A stretch of 36,349 nt of DNA, taken from NCBI GenBank assembly GCA_040081625.1, contig JBEBGD010000053.1:1-36349 (forward strand), read 5' to 3'. The notes under the pieces were generated by a model. The model was not told where the DNA came from. It saw only the letters and a list, made by a program, of their open reading frames with translations, and made no database searches. Positions 17,896 to 27,269 of this stretch are shown piece by piece. The DNA is from Chthoniobacteraceae bacterium. Lineage in GTDB: Bacteria; Verrucomicrobiota; Verrucomicrobiia; Chthoniobacterales; Chthoniobacteraceae. Position numbers and translations under genes: made by a program. Position 1 is the stretch's first letter. Each line of letters opens with the position of its first letter.

Positions 17896-19316
17896 ACCGC
17901 CTCGTCGCGATTGTCCTCTTCGCGTTCCTTTGCGGCACTGCCTCCGCCGCGGATCGCCGCCCAAACGTCTTCCTCATCCTGCTCGATAACTGCGGGCAGG
18001 AATGGTTCGGCTGCTACGGCAGCGAGGAGGGATGCACGCCGGAGATCGACCGGCTCGCGCGTGAAGGTGTGCGCTTCGAGCGCTGCTACACGCCGCCCGT
18101 GTGCGGTCCGAGCCGCATGGTGCTGCTCACCGGTCGCTACCTGCTGCGCTCGGGATTCACGATGCATCACGACGCCGCGCTCTACAGCGGCGGCGGGTTC
18201 GATCCGGCGCGCGAGGTCGTGTTTGCGCGGGCGTTTCGCGACGCCGGCTACGCGACGGGCATCGTCGGGAAGTGGCAGATCAACAATCTCTACGACGAAC
18301 CGGACGTGCTGAAGCGCCACGGTTTCGACGAGCAACTCGTGTGGCCGGGCAGCATCGACACCGACCGACTCAGCAAGGCCGACCACGAAAGCTATTTTGC
18401 CGCGGTCGCCGCACGCTCGGTCGCGCTCACCGCGCGTTTCATGCCGCTCATCGAGAGCCGGTATTGGGATCCCGTGCTCATCCGCGACGGAATGCGCGAG
18501 ACGCATCCGGGCAAGTTCGGGCCGGACGTGATGCAAGCCGCCGCGCTCGCTTTTCTCCGCCGCAATCGCGACAAGCCGTTCGTGCTCTACTACCCGATGG
18601 TGCTCACGCACGGGAAGAGCTTCGTCGAGCCGGTCGTCCCGACGCCGCTGAACAAGGACGCGACCCGACCGCACCACGAGATGTTTGCCGACATGCTGCG
18701 CTACGCGGACCGGCTTGTCGGCGAAGTCGCGCGGACGCTCGACGAACTGAAGCTCCGCGAGAACACGCTGATCTTCATCGCGAGCGACAACGGCACGGAG
18801 AAGGAGCGCACGGCGCGACGCAATGGCCGCGTGGTGAAGGGCGGGCTCTACCAGCTCAATGAAGCCGGCGGCAGCGTGGCGCTGATCGCCAACTCGCCGA
18901 AGCTCATCCCCGGCGGACGCACGATCGCGCTCGCGGACTTCTCTGATGTGTTCCCGACGTTGTGCGACCTGACCGGCGTGCCGCGGCCCGAGGGCGTCGT
19001 GCTCGATGGACGTTCGCACGCCGCCGTGCTGCGCGGCGAAAGCGCGACGCCCGCGCGCGAATGGATCTTCAACCAGTATGCGAAAGTCCGCGTCGTCCGC
19101 GACACGCGCCACAAGCTCTACTCGACCGGCGCATTCTTCGACGTGGAGCGCGACCCGGACGAGGCAAACGATCTCGCCACGAGCACGCAACCCGGGCACG
19201 TCGCCGCGCGCGAGCGGCTCGCAGCCGCGCTGAAGTCGTTGCCCGCCGATGCGCCGCCGCCTTTCCGACTGCGCAGCCAGTCGATCTTCAAGTCGGAGGA
19301 GACGGGGGCCAAATAG
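17892..19316 (+). CDS. Cys-type formylglycine-dependent sulfatase (S1), exported
   Basis: ATG at 17892 (ATGA overlap); signal peptide; [35 protein letters not shown] (CxPxR); [22 protein letters not shown]. Confidence 0.9.
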   Translation: MNRLVAIVLFAFLCGTASAADRRPNVFLILLDNCGQEWFGCYGSEEGCTPEIDRLAREGVRFERCYTPPVCGPSRMVLLTGRYLLRSGFTMHHDAALYSGGGFDPAREVVFARAFRDAGYATGIVGKWQINNLYDEPDVLKRHGFDEQLVWPGSIDTDRLSKADHESYFAAVAARSVALTARFMPLIESRYWDPVLIRDGMRETHPGKFGPDVMQAAALAFLRRNRDKPFVLYYPMVLTHGKSFVEPVVPTPLNKDATRPHHEMFADMLRYADRLVGEVARTLDELKLRENTLIFIASDNGTEKERTARRNGRVVKGGLYQLNEAGGSVALIANSPKLIPGGRTIALADFSDVFPTLCDLTGVPRPEGVVLDGRSHAAVLRGESATPAREWIFNQYAKVRVVRDTRHKLYSTGAFFDVERDPDEANDLATSTQPGHVAARERLAAALKSLPADAPPPFRLRSQSIFKSEETGAK

Positions 19317-19317
19317 C

Positions 19318-20322
19318 ATGACGCGCATCGAAACCGTCGCGCAGCTCGAAGAGAGCCTGAGCACGCCAACCGACGGCTTGATCGAGTCGCTGAGGGCGAT
19401 CGACGGCGACATCCTCGTGCTCGGCGCCGGCGGGAAGATGGGCCCGACGCTCGCGCGCATGGCGCGGCGGGCGAAGCGCCGTGTGATCGCGGTCTCGCGC
19501 TTCTCGTCGCAAGCGGCGGCGGATGAACTGCGGCGGGACGGGGTCGAGACGATCGCGTGCGATCTCCTCGACCGCGACGCGGTCGCGAGGCTTCCGGACG
19601 CGCCGAATGTGATCTTCATGGCGGGGCAGAAGTTCGGCACGGCGGATTCCCCGGAGCTGACGTGGGTGATGAACACAGTGCTCCCCGCGATCGTCGCCGA
19701 GCGCTACGCGAAGTCGCGCATCGTCGTCTTTTCCACAGCCTGCGTCTATCCGCTCGCGCCGGTCGCCGGGCCCGGCTCGCGCGAAGGCGATCCGCTCGGG
19801 CCGCCGGGCGAATACGCCAACTCGTGCGTCGGTCGCGAGCGCGTGTTCGAGCACTTCTCGAAACTACACGGCACTCCCGCGCTGCTCTATCGCCTGAGCT
19901 ATGCGGTCGATCTGCGCTACGGCGTGCTGCACGACGTGGCGCGTAAGGTCGCGGGTGGCGAGTCGGTCGATGTCTCGATGGGCTTCGCGAACGTGATCTG
20001 GCAGGGCGACGCAAATGCGCGCGCGATCCAATGCCTCGCCCACACGAACACGCCGCCGGTCCCGTTGAACGTGAGCGGTCCGCGCATTGCGATCCGCGAA
20101 CTCGCGCATCGCTTCGGCGAGTTGTTCGGGCACGCGCCCGCCATCATCGGCGAGGAGTCGCCGACGGCGTGGGTCGTCGATCCGGCGCGCTCGTTCGAGC
20201 TGTTCGGCCCGCTCACCGTGTCGCTCGATGAGATGATCGAGGCGACCGCGCATTGGGTGCGGCTCGGTGGCGCGACGCTCGGGAAGCCCACTCATTTCGA
20301 TACCCGCGATGGCCGATTCTGA
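19318..20322 (+). CDS. Atypical NAD-dependent epimerase/dehydratase (extended SDR)
   Basis: ATG 1 nt after the sulfatase stop; GAGGKMGPTLA; MAGQKFG; YANSC; NVIWQGDAN. Confidence 0.8.
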   Translation: MTRIETVAQLEESLSTPTDGLIESLRAIDGDILVLGAGGKMGPTLARMARRAKRRVIAVSRFSSQAAADELRRDGVETIACDLLDRDAVARLPDAPNVIFMAGQKFGTADSPELTWVMNTVLPAIVAERYAKSRIVVFSTACVYPLAPVAGPGSREGDPLGPPGEYANSCVGRERVFEHFSKLHGTPALLYRLSYAVDLRYGVLHDVARKVAGGESVDVSMGFANVIWQGDANARAIQCLAHTNTPPVPLNVSGPRIAIRELAHRFGELFGHAPAIIGEESPTAWVVDPARSFELFGPLTVSLDEMIEATAHWVRLGGATLGKPTHFDTRDGRF

Positions 20323-21298
20323 TTTCCGCGCCATCCTCCAGCGCGGCGTCGTAATCCCCGCGCACCCGCTCGCGCTCGACGCGCAGGGCCGGCTCGACGA
20401 GCGCCGCCAGCGCGCGCTCACGCGCTACTACATCGCCGCCGGAGCTGGCGGAGTCGCAGTCGGCGTGCACACGACGCAGTTTGCGATTCGCGATGTTGGC
20501 TTGTTCGAGCCGGTGCTGGCGCTCGCGGCGGAGGAAGCGCGGAACGTGGTGCGCGTCGGCGGCATTTGCGGCGCGACGAAGCAGGCGGTCGCGGAGGCGG
20601 AAACGCTGCGCCGGCTCGGCTACCACGCGGGCTTGCTCAGTCTCGGCGCGCTGCGGGAAGCAAGTGAGGACGATCTCCTCGCGCACTGCCGCACAGTCTC
20701 CGAAACAATCCCGATCGTCGGCTTCTATCTCCAGCCGGCCGTCGGCGGGCGCGTGCTGCCGTATTCGTTCTGGCGGAGCTTCGCGGAGATCGAGGCGGTT
20801 GTGGCGATCAAGATCGCGGCCTTCAACCGCTACCAGACGCTCGATGTGGTGCGCGCGGTGATCGACGCGGGCCGCGACGACATCGCGCTCTACACGGGAA
20901 ATGACGACGCGATCGTCGCGGATTTGCTCACGCCATTTTGGGGACGTCGCTTCGTTGGCGGATTGCTCGGGCATTGGTCGGTGTGGACGCGGCGCGCGGT
21001 CGAGTTGCTCGAACGCTGCCAGCGCGAACCCGCTTCGCCCGAACTCATGCGGCTTGGCGTAGAGGTCACCGACTGCAACGCGGCGTTCTTCGACGCGGCG
21101 AACGGCTATCGCGGCTGCATCGCCGGGCTGCACGAGGTCTTGCGGCGGCAGGGACTGCTCGAAGGCGTGTGGTGCCTCGATCCCGCCGAGACGCTCAGCC
21201 CCGGACAGCGCGAGGAGATCGACCGCGTGCATCGCGCGTATCCGGATTTGAACGACGACGACTTCGTCGCGCGCCACCGGGATGAGTGGATGAAGTGA
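20309..21298 (+). CDS. Dihydrodipicolinate synthase / class I aldolase family protein
   Basis: VIPAHPLAL, AVGVHTTQF, FYLQPAVGG, likely Schiff-base Lys in AIKIAAF, LYTGNDD; 14-nt overlap with the epimerase. Confidence 0.8.
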   Translation: MADSDFRAILQRGVVIPAHPLALDAQGRLDERRQRALTRYYIAAGAGGVAVGVHTTQFAIRDVGLFEPVLALAAEEARNVVRVGGICGATKQAVAEAETLRRLGYHAGLLSLGALREASEDDLLAHCRTVSETIPIVGFYLQPAVGGRVLPYSFWRSFAEIEAVVAIKIAAFNRYQTLDVVRAVIDAGRDDIALYTGNDDAIVADLLTPFWGRRFVGGLLGHWSVWTRRAVELLERCQREPASPELMRLGVEVTDCNAAFFDAANGYRGCIAGLHEVLRRQGLLEGVWCLDPAETLSPGQREEIDRVHRAYPDLNDDDFVARHRDEWMK

Positions 21299-21325
21299 TC
21301 AGTAATCAGTAATCAGTAATCAGTA
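21298..21325 (+). repeat. Perfect heptamer tandem repeat (ATCAGTA)x4
   Basis: Four exact copies at 21298, 21305, 21312 and 21319, running from the last base of a TGA stop to the A of the next ATG. Confidence 0.95.
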
Positions 21326-22080
21326 TGACCAAACGCCTCCTCCTCCTCCTCACCTTCTTCGTCACCGCGACCTTTGCCGCCGAGCCGCACGTCGTCTTCA
21401 TGATCGGCGAGGACGAATACAAGACGTGGGAGACGCTGCCGGAGTTCGCCGCGAAGGATCTCAAGGCAGCCGGCTACCGCACGACGGTCGTCAACGCGGA
21501 TGCTGCGGATAAGAACAACTTCCCCGGCCTCGTCGCCGCGTTGCGCGATGCCGATCTACTTTTCGTCAGCGTGCGCCGGCGCACGCCGGTGAAGGAGCAG
21601 CTCGACGCGGTGCGCGCGCATCTCGCGGCGGGCAAGCCGCTCGTGGGCATCCGCACGGCGAGCCACGCGTTTGCGCTGCGGGCGAAGGACAAGCTCACGG
21701 ACCCGAAGCTCGCGGTGTGGCAGGAGTTCGATCCGGAGGTCTTCGGCGGGCACTACACGGGCCATCACGGCAACGAGTTGAATACTGGCGTCAAGCTGGC
21801 GCCCGACGCTGAATCGCACCCGATCCTCAAGGGCGTGGCCTTCGCTGATTTCATCAGCAACGGATCGCTCTACAAAGTCAGCCCGCTCGAGAAATCCACC
21901 ACGCCACTTCTCATCGGCATGGTCCACGCGCAGACGCCCGAGCCGGTCGCGTGGACGCATCTCTACGGAACCAACCGCGCGCGGGTTTTCTACACGTCGC
22001 TCGGTCATCCGGACGACTTCCAGAATCCCGAGTTCCGCCGACTGCTCATCAACGGCGTCGCTTGGACGCTCGCAAAATAA
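21325..22080 (+). CDS. ThuA-like (class I GATase-like fold) exported protein
   Basis: Signal peptide; [50 protein letters not shown]. Confidence 0.8.
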   Translation: MTKRLLLLLTFFVTATFAAEPHVVFMIGEDEYKTWETLPEFAAKDLKAAGYRTTVVNADAADKNNFPGLVAALRDADLLFVSVRRRTPVKEQLDAVRAHLAAGKPLVGIRTASHAFALRAKDKLTDPKLAVWQEFDPEVFGGHYTGHHGNELNTGVKLAPDAESHPILKGVAFADFISNGSLYKVSPLEKSTTPLLIGMVHAQTPEPVAWTHLYGTNRARVFYTSLGHPDDFQNPEFRRLLINGVAWTLAK

Positions 22081-22087
22081 CACTCCC

Positions 22088-23431
22088 ATGAAACTCCCCG
22101 CACTCGCTCTCCTGCTCTGCACCGCGGCCTTCGCCGCCGACGCGCCCGATGGCTGGACCACCGGCGCGCCGCGCGACGAGATCAAGCCCGCGTTCGCCTT
22201 CAACCCGAAGGGTGGTCCGAATGGAAAGGGCAGCTTCGTGATCGAGTCCGGCCCGCGCGAGGGGCAGATGGGAAAATGGGTGAAGACCTTCGCGGTGACG
22301 GGCGGGCAGCACTATCGCTTCAGCGTGCTGCGGAAATTTACCGGCACGGACTCGGCGCGGCGCAGCGGTGTCGCGCGGGTCTTGTGGACTGATGCGAAGG
22401 GCAAGGCGGTGACGCACGATGAGCCGTCCTACGCGTCGTATTCGCCGGGACAAAAGCCGCGCGCCGAGCCCGAGTATCCGACGGATGGCCCGACCGACGC
22501 GCAGGGCTGGACGACGCTCAGCGACGTGTATCGCGCGCCGTCGGCGGCGACGCAGGCAATCGTCGAACTGGAGTTCCGATGGGCGCCGCGTGCGCGGCTG
22601 GAGTGGGCGGGCGTCTCGCTCGCCGAAGTGCCCGCGCCCGCTCAGCGCACGGTGCGGCTCGCGGCGGTTCACTTCGTGCCGCGCGGCGTGAAGACACCCG
22701 ACGAGCGGCGCCTGGCCTTCATCCCGCTGATCGAGGACGCGGCGAAGCAGAAGGCCGATCTCGTCGTGCTCCCGGAAGTGGTGACGTATGGCAGCGGCTC
22801 GACCTACCTCGATGTCGCCGAGTCGATCCCCGGACCCTCGACCGAGTTCTTCGGCGCGCTCGCGAAGAAGCACGGGCTCTACCTCGTGCCCGGTCTCGTC
22901 GAGCGCGACGGGCCGCTGCTTTACAATGTCGCCGTGCTCATCGGCCCGGATGGCGCGATCGCGGGCAAGTATCGCAAGGTCTGCCTGCCGCGCGGTGAGA
23001 TCGAAGGCGGCGTCACGCCGGGGCGCGACTACCCGGTGTTCGACACGCGCTTCGGCAAGGTCGGCATGATGGTCTGCTACGACGGCTTTTTCCCCGAGGT
23101 CGCTCGCGAGCTGAGCAACCGCGGCGCGGAGGTTATCGCGTGGCCGGTGATGGGCTGCAACCCGATGCTCGGCGCAGCGCGCGCTTGCGAAAACCACGTC
23201 TATGTCGTGAGCAGCACGCACACGGACGCGGAGAAGAACTGGATGGTCTCCGCGGTCTTCGGGCACGACGGCAAGCTGCTCGCGCAGGCGAAGGAGTGGG
23301 GCACGGTCGCGGTCACGGAGGTCGATCTCGGCAAGCGGCTGCACTGGCCGAGCCTCGGCGACTTCAAGGCGGAGATCCCGCGGCATCGGCCGGCGGATAG
23401 CTCCGCCCCCCTGCCCCGCTCCGCTCCATGA
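22088..23431 (+). CDS. Exported carbon-nitrogen hydrolase (nitrilase family) with an extra N-terminal domain
   Basis: E-K-C triad: [25 protein letters not shown]. Signal peptide plus a ~170-aa beta-rich N-terminal domain. Confidence 0.85.
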   Translation: MKLPALALLLCTAAFAADAPDGWTTGAPRDEIKPAFAFNPKGGPNGKGSFVIESGPREGQMGKWVKTFAVTGGQHYRFSVLRKFTGTDSARRSGVARVLWTDAKGKAVTHDEPSYASYSPGQKPRAEPEYPTDGPTDAQGWTTLSDVYRAPSAATQAIVELEFRWAPRARLEWAGVSLAEVPAPAQRTVRLAAVHFVPRGVKTPDERRLAFIPLIEDAAKQKADLVVLPEVVTYGSGSTYLDVAESIPGPSTEFFGALAKKHGLYLVPGLVERDGPLLYNVAVLIGPDGAIAGKYRKVCLPRGEIEGGVTPGRDYPVFDTRFGKVGMMVCYDGFFPEVARELSNRGAEVIAWPVMGCNPMLGAARACENHVYVVSSTHTDAEKNWMVSAVFGHDGKLLAQAKEWGTVAVTEVDLGKRLHWPSLGDFKAEIPRHRPADSSAPLPRSAP

Positions 23432-25395
23432 TCTCAGCCTCACGACGCCGCTTCCTGCTCGCGGCGGTGCTGTTTACGCTGGGGGTTCCGCTGTGCGCCG
23501 CGCCGGGGCGTTTCACTCAGCCCGATGCGGCCAATCATCCCGACCTGTTCACATGGACGGACACCTGCAACGTCCACATCCTGCGCGATGGCGACGCGGC
23601 GCTCTTGATCGATCTCGGCGATGGAAGCGTGCTGGATCGCCTCGGTGAGATTGGTGTGAAGCGTGTCGAGTGGGTGCTGTTCACGGGGCATCACCGTGAG
23701 CTGCTGCAGGGTGTCGGGAAACTGGATCGTGCAAAAACGCAGGTGGCCGCTCCGACGGAGGAGCAGGGTTTTTTTGAGACGCCGAACCAGTTCCGCAAAT
23801 GGCATCCGCGGAACGGTGACAAATATACCGTGCATGGCTCGAGCTATGTGCGCCCGCCGCAATCGGCGGTGAAAGTGGATCGCTGGCTGGCGGGCGATGA
23901 GGTATTCAAATGGCGCGGCCGGACGCTGCGCTGCCTCAACACGCCGGGGCATTCGCCGGGCGGGATGAGTTACATTTCGCAAGCCGGCGACAGGATCACG
24001 GCCTTCATCGGCGGGGTGATGCACGATGGGGCGAAGTTCACGAACTGGTTCGACAGCGAGTGGGATTACGGTTTTGCAAAGGGCATCGACGCCCTCATGC
24101 CCTCCGTGGACAAACTCGCCGCCGTTGGACCGCGACTCGCGCTTTCCGCACAAGGTCCGGTGCTCCGGAATGCGACGGAGCAGCTCAAAACTTATCACGC
24201 CAGGCTGGCCCGCTTCCGTCCGGATTATGTGCGCGGATGGAACGTGGAGGAAAAACGCGAGGCCCATCCGGCGATGAAGCCGACTGCGGCGCAATACATC
24301 GTGCAGGTGACGCCGCACCTTTACATGTTCGGACCGGAGATGGCGGGGAAGAACTTCGCCATCATCATCGCGGACAGTGGGCATGGATTGCTGCTCGATT
24401 GCGGCCTGTTTTCGCGGCCCGTGCTGGAGCGGATCATCGCCGACATGAAGGCGCATCTCGGCCTGAAACAGATCGACGCCTGCTGGATCTCCCACTCGCA
24501 CGGCGATCACTTCACGCTCTTTCCCGCGCTCAAGGAGCATGGCGTGAAATTCTGGACCATGGATACCATCGCCGACAAGTGCGAGAACCCGCGCGCTTAC
24601 GATTATCCCGCAATGATCGCCTCGTATGGAGCCGGTTTCGAAGGCGCGAAGATCGACCGCATCCTCAAGGCGGGGGACGTGATCGAGTGGGAGGGCTACA
24701 AGCTGCACATCGACTGGATGCCGGGACAGACGGAGTTCGGCAACGCGCTGTGGCTCGAACTGGACGGCAAACGCATCGTCTTCACGGGCGACAATATTTT
24801 CGGCGATCCCGCCGACCCCGCGCAGTCCGGCCACGAGTGCGTCGTCGCACGCAACAGCGCCATCACCGAGGAGGGCTATCTCGTCGCCGCGCGGTATCTG
24901 CGGAGCCTCAAGCCCGACATCATCATGGGCGCGCACGGCTGGCTGATGACCGAGCCCGCGGCCTTCGTGGATCGTTATCACGACTGGTCGCTGCGCATCA
25001 TCCGTCACTACAAGGATCTGCTGCCCGACGAGGACTATGAATACCTCTTCGATCCGTATTGGGTCAGCGCGTATCCGTATCGCGTCGATTTGACCAAGGC
25101 GGACACCCAGACGGTGCAGATCACGGTGCGCAACTTCCGCAACCGGCCGCAGCAGCACGAGGTGGAGTTGAAACTGCCGCCGGGCATCGAGGCCGAGCCG
25201 CGAGTGCTCAAAGCCAGCGTCGCTGCGAAAAGCCGTGCGACTTATCCGGTGAAACTGACCGCTAAAGATCGGGCCAGGCTCCCCGCGGGAGTGCTCATCG
25301 CGCCTTTCGACATTACGCTCGATGGAAAGCACTACGGGGAACTGTTCGATTTCATCCTACTCGCCGAGGAGCCAGCCGGCGTGAAGCCGAACTGA
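23428..25395 (+). CDS. Tandem metallo-beta-lactamase-fold hydrolase with Tat-like leader
   Basis: SRRRFLL; domain 1 LIDLG / FTGHHRE / TPGHSPG; domain 2 LLDCG / SHSHGDH / FTGDN; C-terminal Ig-like segment. Confidence 0.8.
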   Translation: MISASRRRFLLAAVLFTLGVPLCAAPGRFTQPDAANHPDLFTWTDTCNVHILRDGDAALLIDLGDGSVLDRLGEIGVKRVEWVLFTGHHRELLQGVGKLDRAKTQVAAPTEEQGFFETPNQFRKWHPRNGDKYTVHGSSYVRPPQSAVKVDRWLAGDEVFKWRGRTLRCLNTPGHSPGGMSYISQAGDRITAFIGGVMHDGAKFTNWFDSEWDYGFAKGIDALMPSVDKLAAVGPRLALSAQGPVLRNATEQLKTYHARLARFRPDYVRGWNVEEKREAHPAMKPTAAQYIVQVTPHLYMFGPEMAGKNFAIIIADSGHGLLLDCGLFSRPVLERIIADMKAHLGLKQIDACWISHSHGDHFTLFPALKEHGVKFWTMDTIADKCENPRAYDYPAMIASYGAGFEGAKIDRILKAGDVIEWEGYKLHIDWMPGQTEFGNALWLELDGKRIVFTGDNIFGDPADPAQSGHECVVARNSAITEEGYLVAARYLRSLKPDIIMGAHGWLMTEPAAFVDRYHDWSLRIIRHYKDLLPDEDYEYLFDPYWVSAYPYRVDLTKADTQTVQITVRNFRNRPQQHEVELKLPPGIEAEPRVLKASVAAKSRATYPVKLTAKDRARLPAGVLIAPFDITLDGKHYGELFDFILLAEEPAGVKPN

Positions 25396-25550
25396 TGAGC
25401 CTGCATCATTCCGCCAAGGACTCACAGATTGCCGGGGAAGTTCGAACGCTCCAAGCGTTCGACACGGATCGTATTCAACACCCCCGCCCGCCACGACTCG
25501 CGTGGCTATCGAGCACTCCGCCGCCCGGAGGCTATCGTGATACCCTTCCT

Positions 25551-27269
25551 ATGTGCCGTTCCCTTGTTTTCCTCATCCTCTCCCTGTTCGCCGTCCTTTC
25601 TGTTCCGCGGGTTGTAGCCGAAGCCGACACCGTGCTGCTTGGCGGTAGAATCGCGACGCTCGATTCACAGGAAAGGGTCGTGGAGGCACTGGCGATTCGC
25701 GCCGGCCGCATCCTGGCCACGGGGACCACGGAAGAGATCGAGAAGCTAGCGACGGCGAAGACGGAGGTGATCCGGCTCGGCGGGAAGATGGTGCTGCCGG
25801 GGTTCATCGAGTCGCACTGCCACGCCATCGGCGTCGCGCGCGGTTCGCTGCACGGGGAGTATGCGGAGCTGCGCGGCATCGGCGAAATGCAGGAGTGGAT
25901 TCGCGCGCAGGCGGAGAAGCTGCCGGTCGGCACGTGGATCGAGGTGCCGCGCAATGAGATCACGCGGCTGAAGGAGCATCGGCATCCGACGCCGGCGGAA
26001 CTCGACGCGGCGACGAGCGATCATCCGGTGCTCTACACGTCGGTGATGAAGCACGTGCTCAACACCGCGGGCTGGCGCGCGCTCGGGCTGCTCGATCCCG
26101 CCAGCAAGCTGCCCGACGGCGAAGTGGTGCGCGACGCCGACGGAAAACCGCTGCTGATCCGCGGCGGCGGCAATGCGTCGGTCCGTAAGTTTTTCCCGCA
26201 GACGAGCGAGACGCGCGAGGAACTGGTCGGGGCGCTGAAGAAGGTGCTGCGACGTTACAACGAGGTCGGCATCACGACGATCTTCGAGCGCGCGACGGAT
26301 CGCACGGGCTTCAACACCTTCCGCGAACTGAGCGCGGAGAATGCGCTCACGACGCGCGTGCGGGGGACCTTCCGCTTTTCCGCGAAGACGCCTGAGCAGG
26401 TGGAGAAATACATCGCGAGCCTCGGGCTCAAGCCGGGCGAGGGCGACGACTGGGTGCGCGCGGAGCGGCTGAAGATCACCGTCGATGGCGGCATCCACTG
26501 GGGCACGACGCGACTGAGCGAACCGTATGGCGGGAAGCGCGTGAACTTCTACCGGCTCGCCGATCCGCAGTATCGCGGAGAGCTGAATTTCACGCCGGAG
26601 CAGATGCGGATGATCTTCGCGACGGTCAACCGGCTCGGCTGGCCGATGAGCGCGCACGTGACCGGCGACGCGGGAACCGAGGAGGTGCTCAACGCCGTCG
26701 CCGACGTGGCGAAGGACGACGCGACGATCAAGCAGCGGCGCTTCAACCTGATCCACTCCTACTTCCCCACACCCGCGATCGTGAAGCTCGCGAAACAGCT
26801 CGGCGTCGGCGTGGACACGCAGGGCTATCTCTATCATCGCGACGCGGACATCCTCGCGGAAATCTACGGCACGAGCTGGGCGGAGCGGTTCATCGGCATG
26901 GGCGAATGGGCGCGCGGCGGCGTGCCTGTGGGCATCAACAGCGACCACATGATCGGGCTCGATCCCGACCACGCGATGAACTCCTTCAATCCCGCGCTCA
27001 TGCTGTGGATCGCCGTGGCGCGGAAGACCGACACCGGTCGCGTGTGGGGCGCGCAGCAGAAACTCTCGCGGCTCGACGCGCTGCGCAGCATCACGCTGTG
27101 GGCCGCGTGGCTGAGCTTCGATGAAGCCAAGCTCGGCTCGCTCGAACCCGGCAAGCTCGCCGACCTCGTCGTCATCGATCGCGATTACCTCACCTGCCCC
27201 GAGGATGAAATCCGCGCGATCAAGCCGCTGCGCACGATCGTCGGCGGGCGCACCGTTTTCACCCAATGA
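25551..27269 (+). CDS. Amidohydrolase 3 (YtcJ-like) family metallohydrolase
   Basis: Signal-like N-terminus from ATG 25551; VLPGFIESHCH; KITVDGG; AHVTGD; LIH; NSD; GSLEPGKLADLVV. Alternative in-frame start at 25395. Confidence 0.85.
   Translation: MCRSLVFLILSLFAVLSVPRVVAEADTVLLGGRIATLDSQERVVEALAIRAGRILATGTTEEIEKLATAKTEVIRLGGKMVLPGFIESHCHAIGVARGSLHGEYAELRGIGEMQEWIRAQAEKLPVGTWIEVPRNEITRLKEHRHPTPAELDAATSDHPVLYTSVMKHVLNTAGWRALGLLDPASKLPDGEVVRDADGKPLLIRGGGNASVRKFFPQTSETREELVGALKKVLRRYNEVGITTIFERATDRTGFNTFRELSAENALTTRVRGTFRFSAKTPEQVEKYIASLGLKPGEGDDWVRAERLKITVDGGIHWGTTRLSEPYGGKRVNFYRLADPQYRGELNFTPEQMRMIFATVNRLGWPMSAHVTGDAGTEEVLNAVADVAKDDATIKQRRFNLIHSYFPTPAIVKLAKQLGVGVDTQGYLYHRDADILAEIYGTSWAERFIGMGEWARGGVPVGINSDHMIGLDPDHAMNSFNPALMLWIAVARKTDTGRVWGAQQKLSRLDALRSITLWAAWLSFDEAKLGSLEPGKLADLVVIDRDYLTCPEDEIRAIKPLRTIVGGRTVFTQ

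Noticed and set aside
20309..21298. Calling this gene dapA
   Set aside because: Lacks GTTGE, and the context is catabolic.
21298..21325. Possible CRISPR array or similar spacer-repeat structure
   Set aside because: 7-bp units with no spacers and no cas genes; no CRISPR-like array seen elsewhere.
21337..21351. (CCT)n run; also (GCG)n near 16579-16593
   Set aside because: Encode poly-Leu and poly-Ala in signal peptides; ordinary.
23428..25395. Antibiotic-resistance metallo-beta-lactamase
   Set aside because: Two-domain 655-aa architecture and motifs unlike class B beta-lactamases; only the fold is shared.
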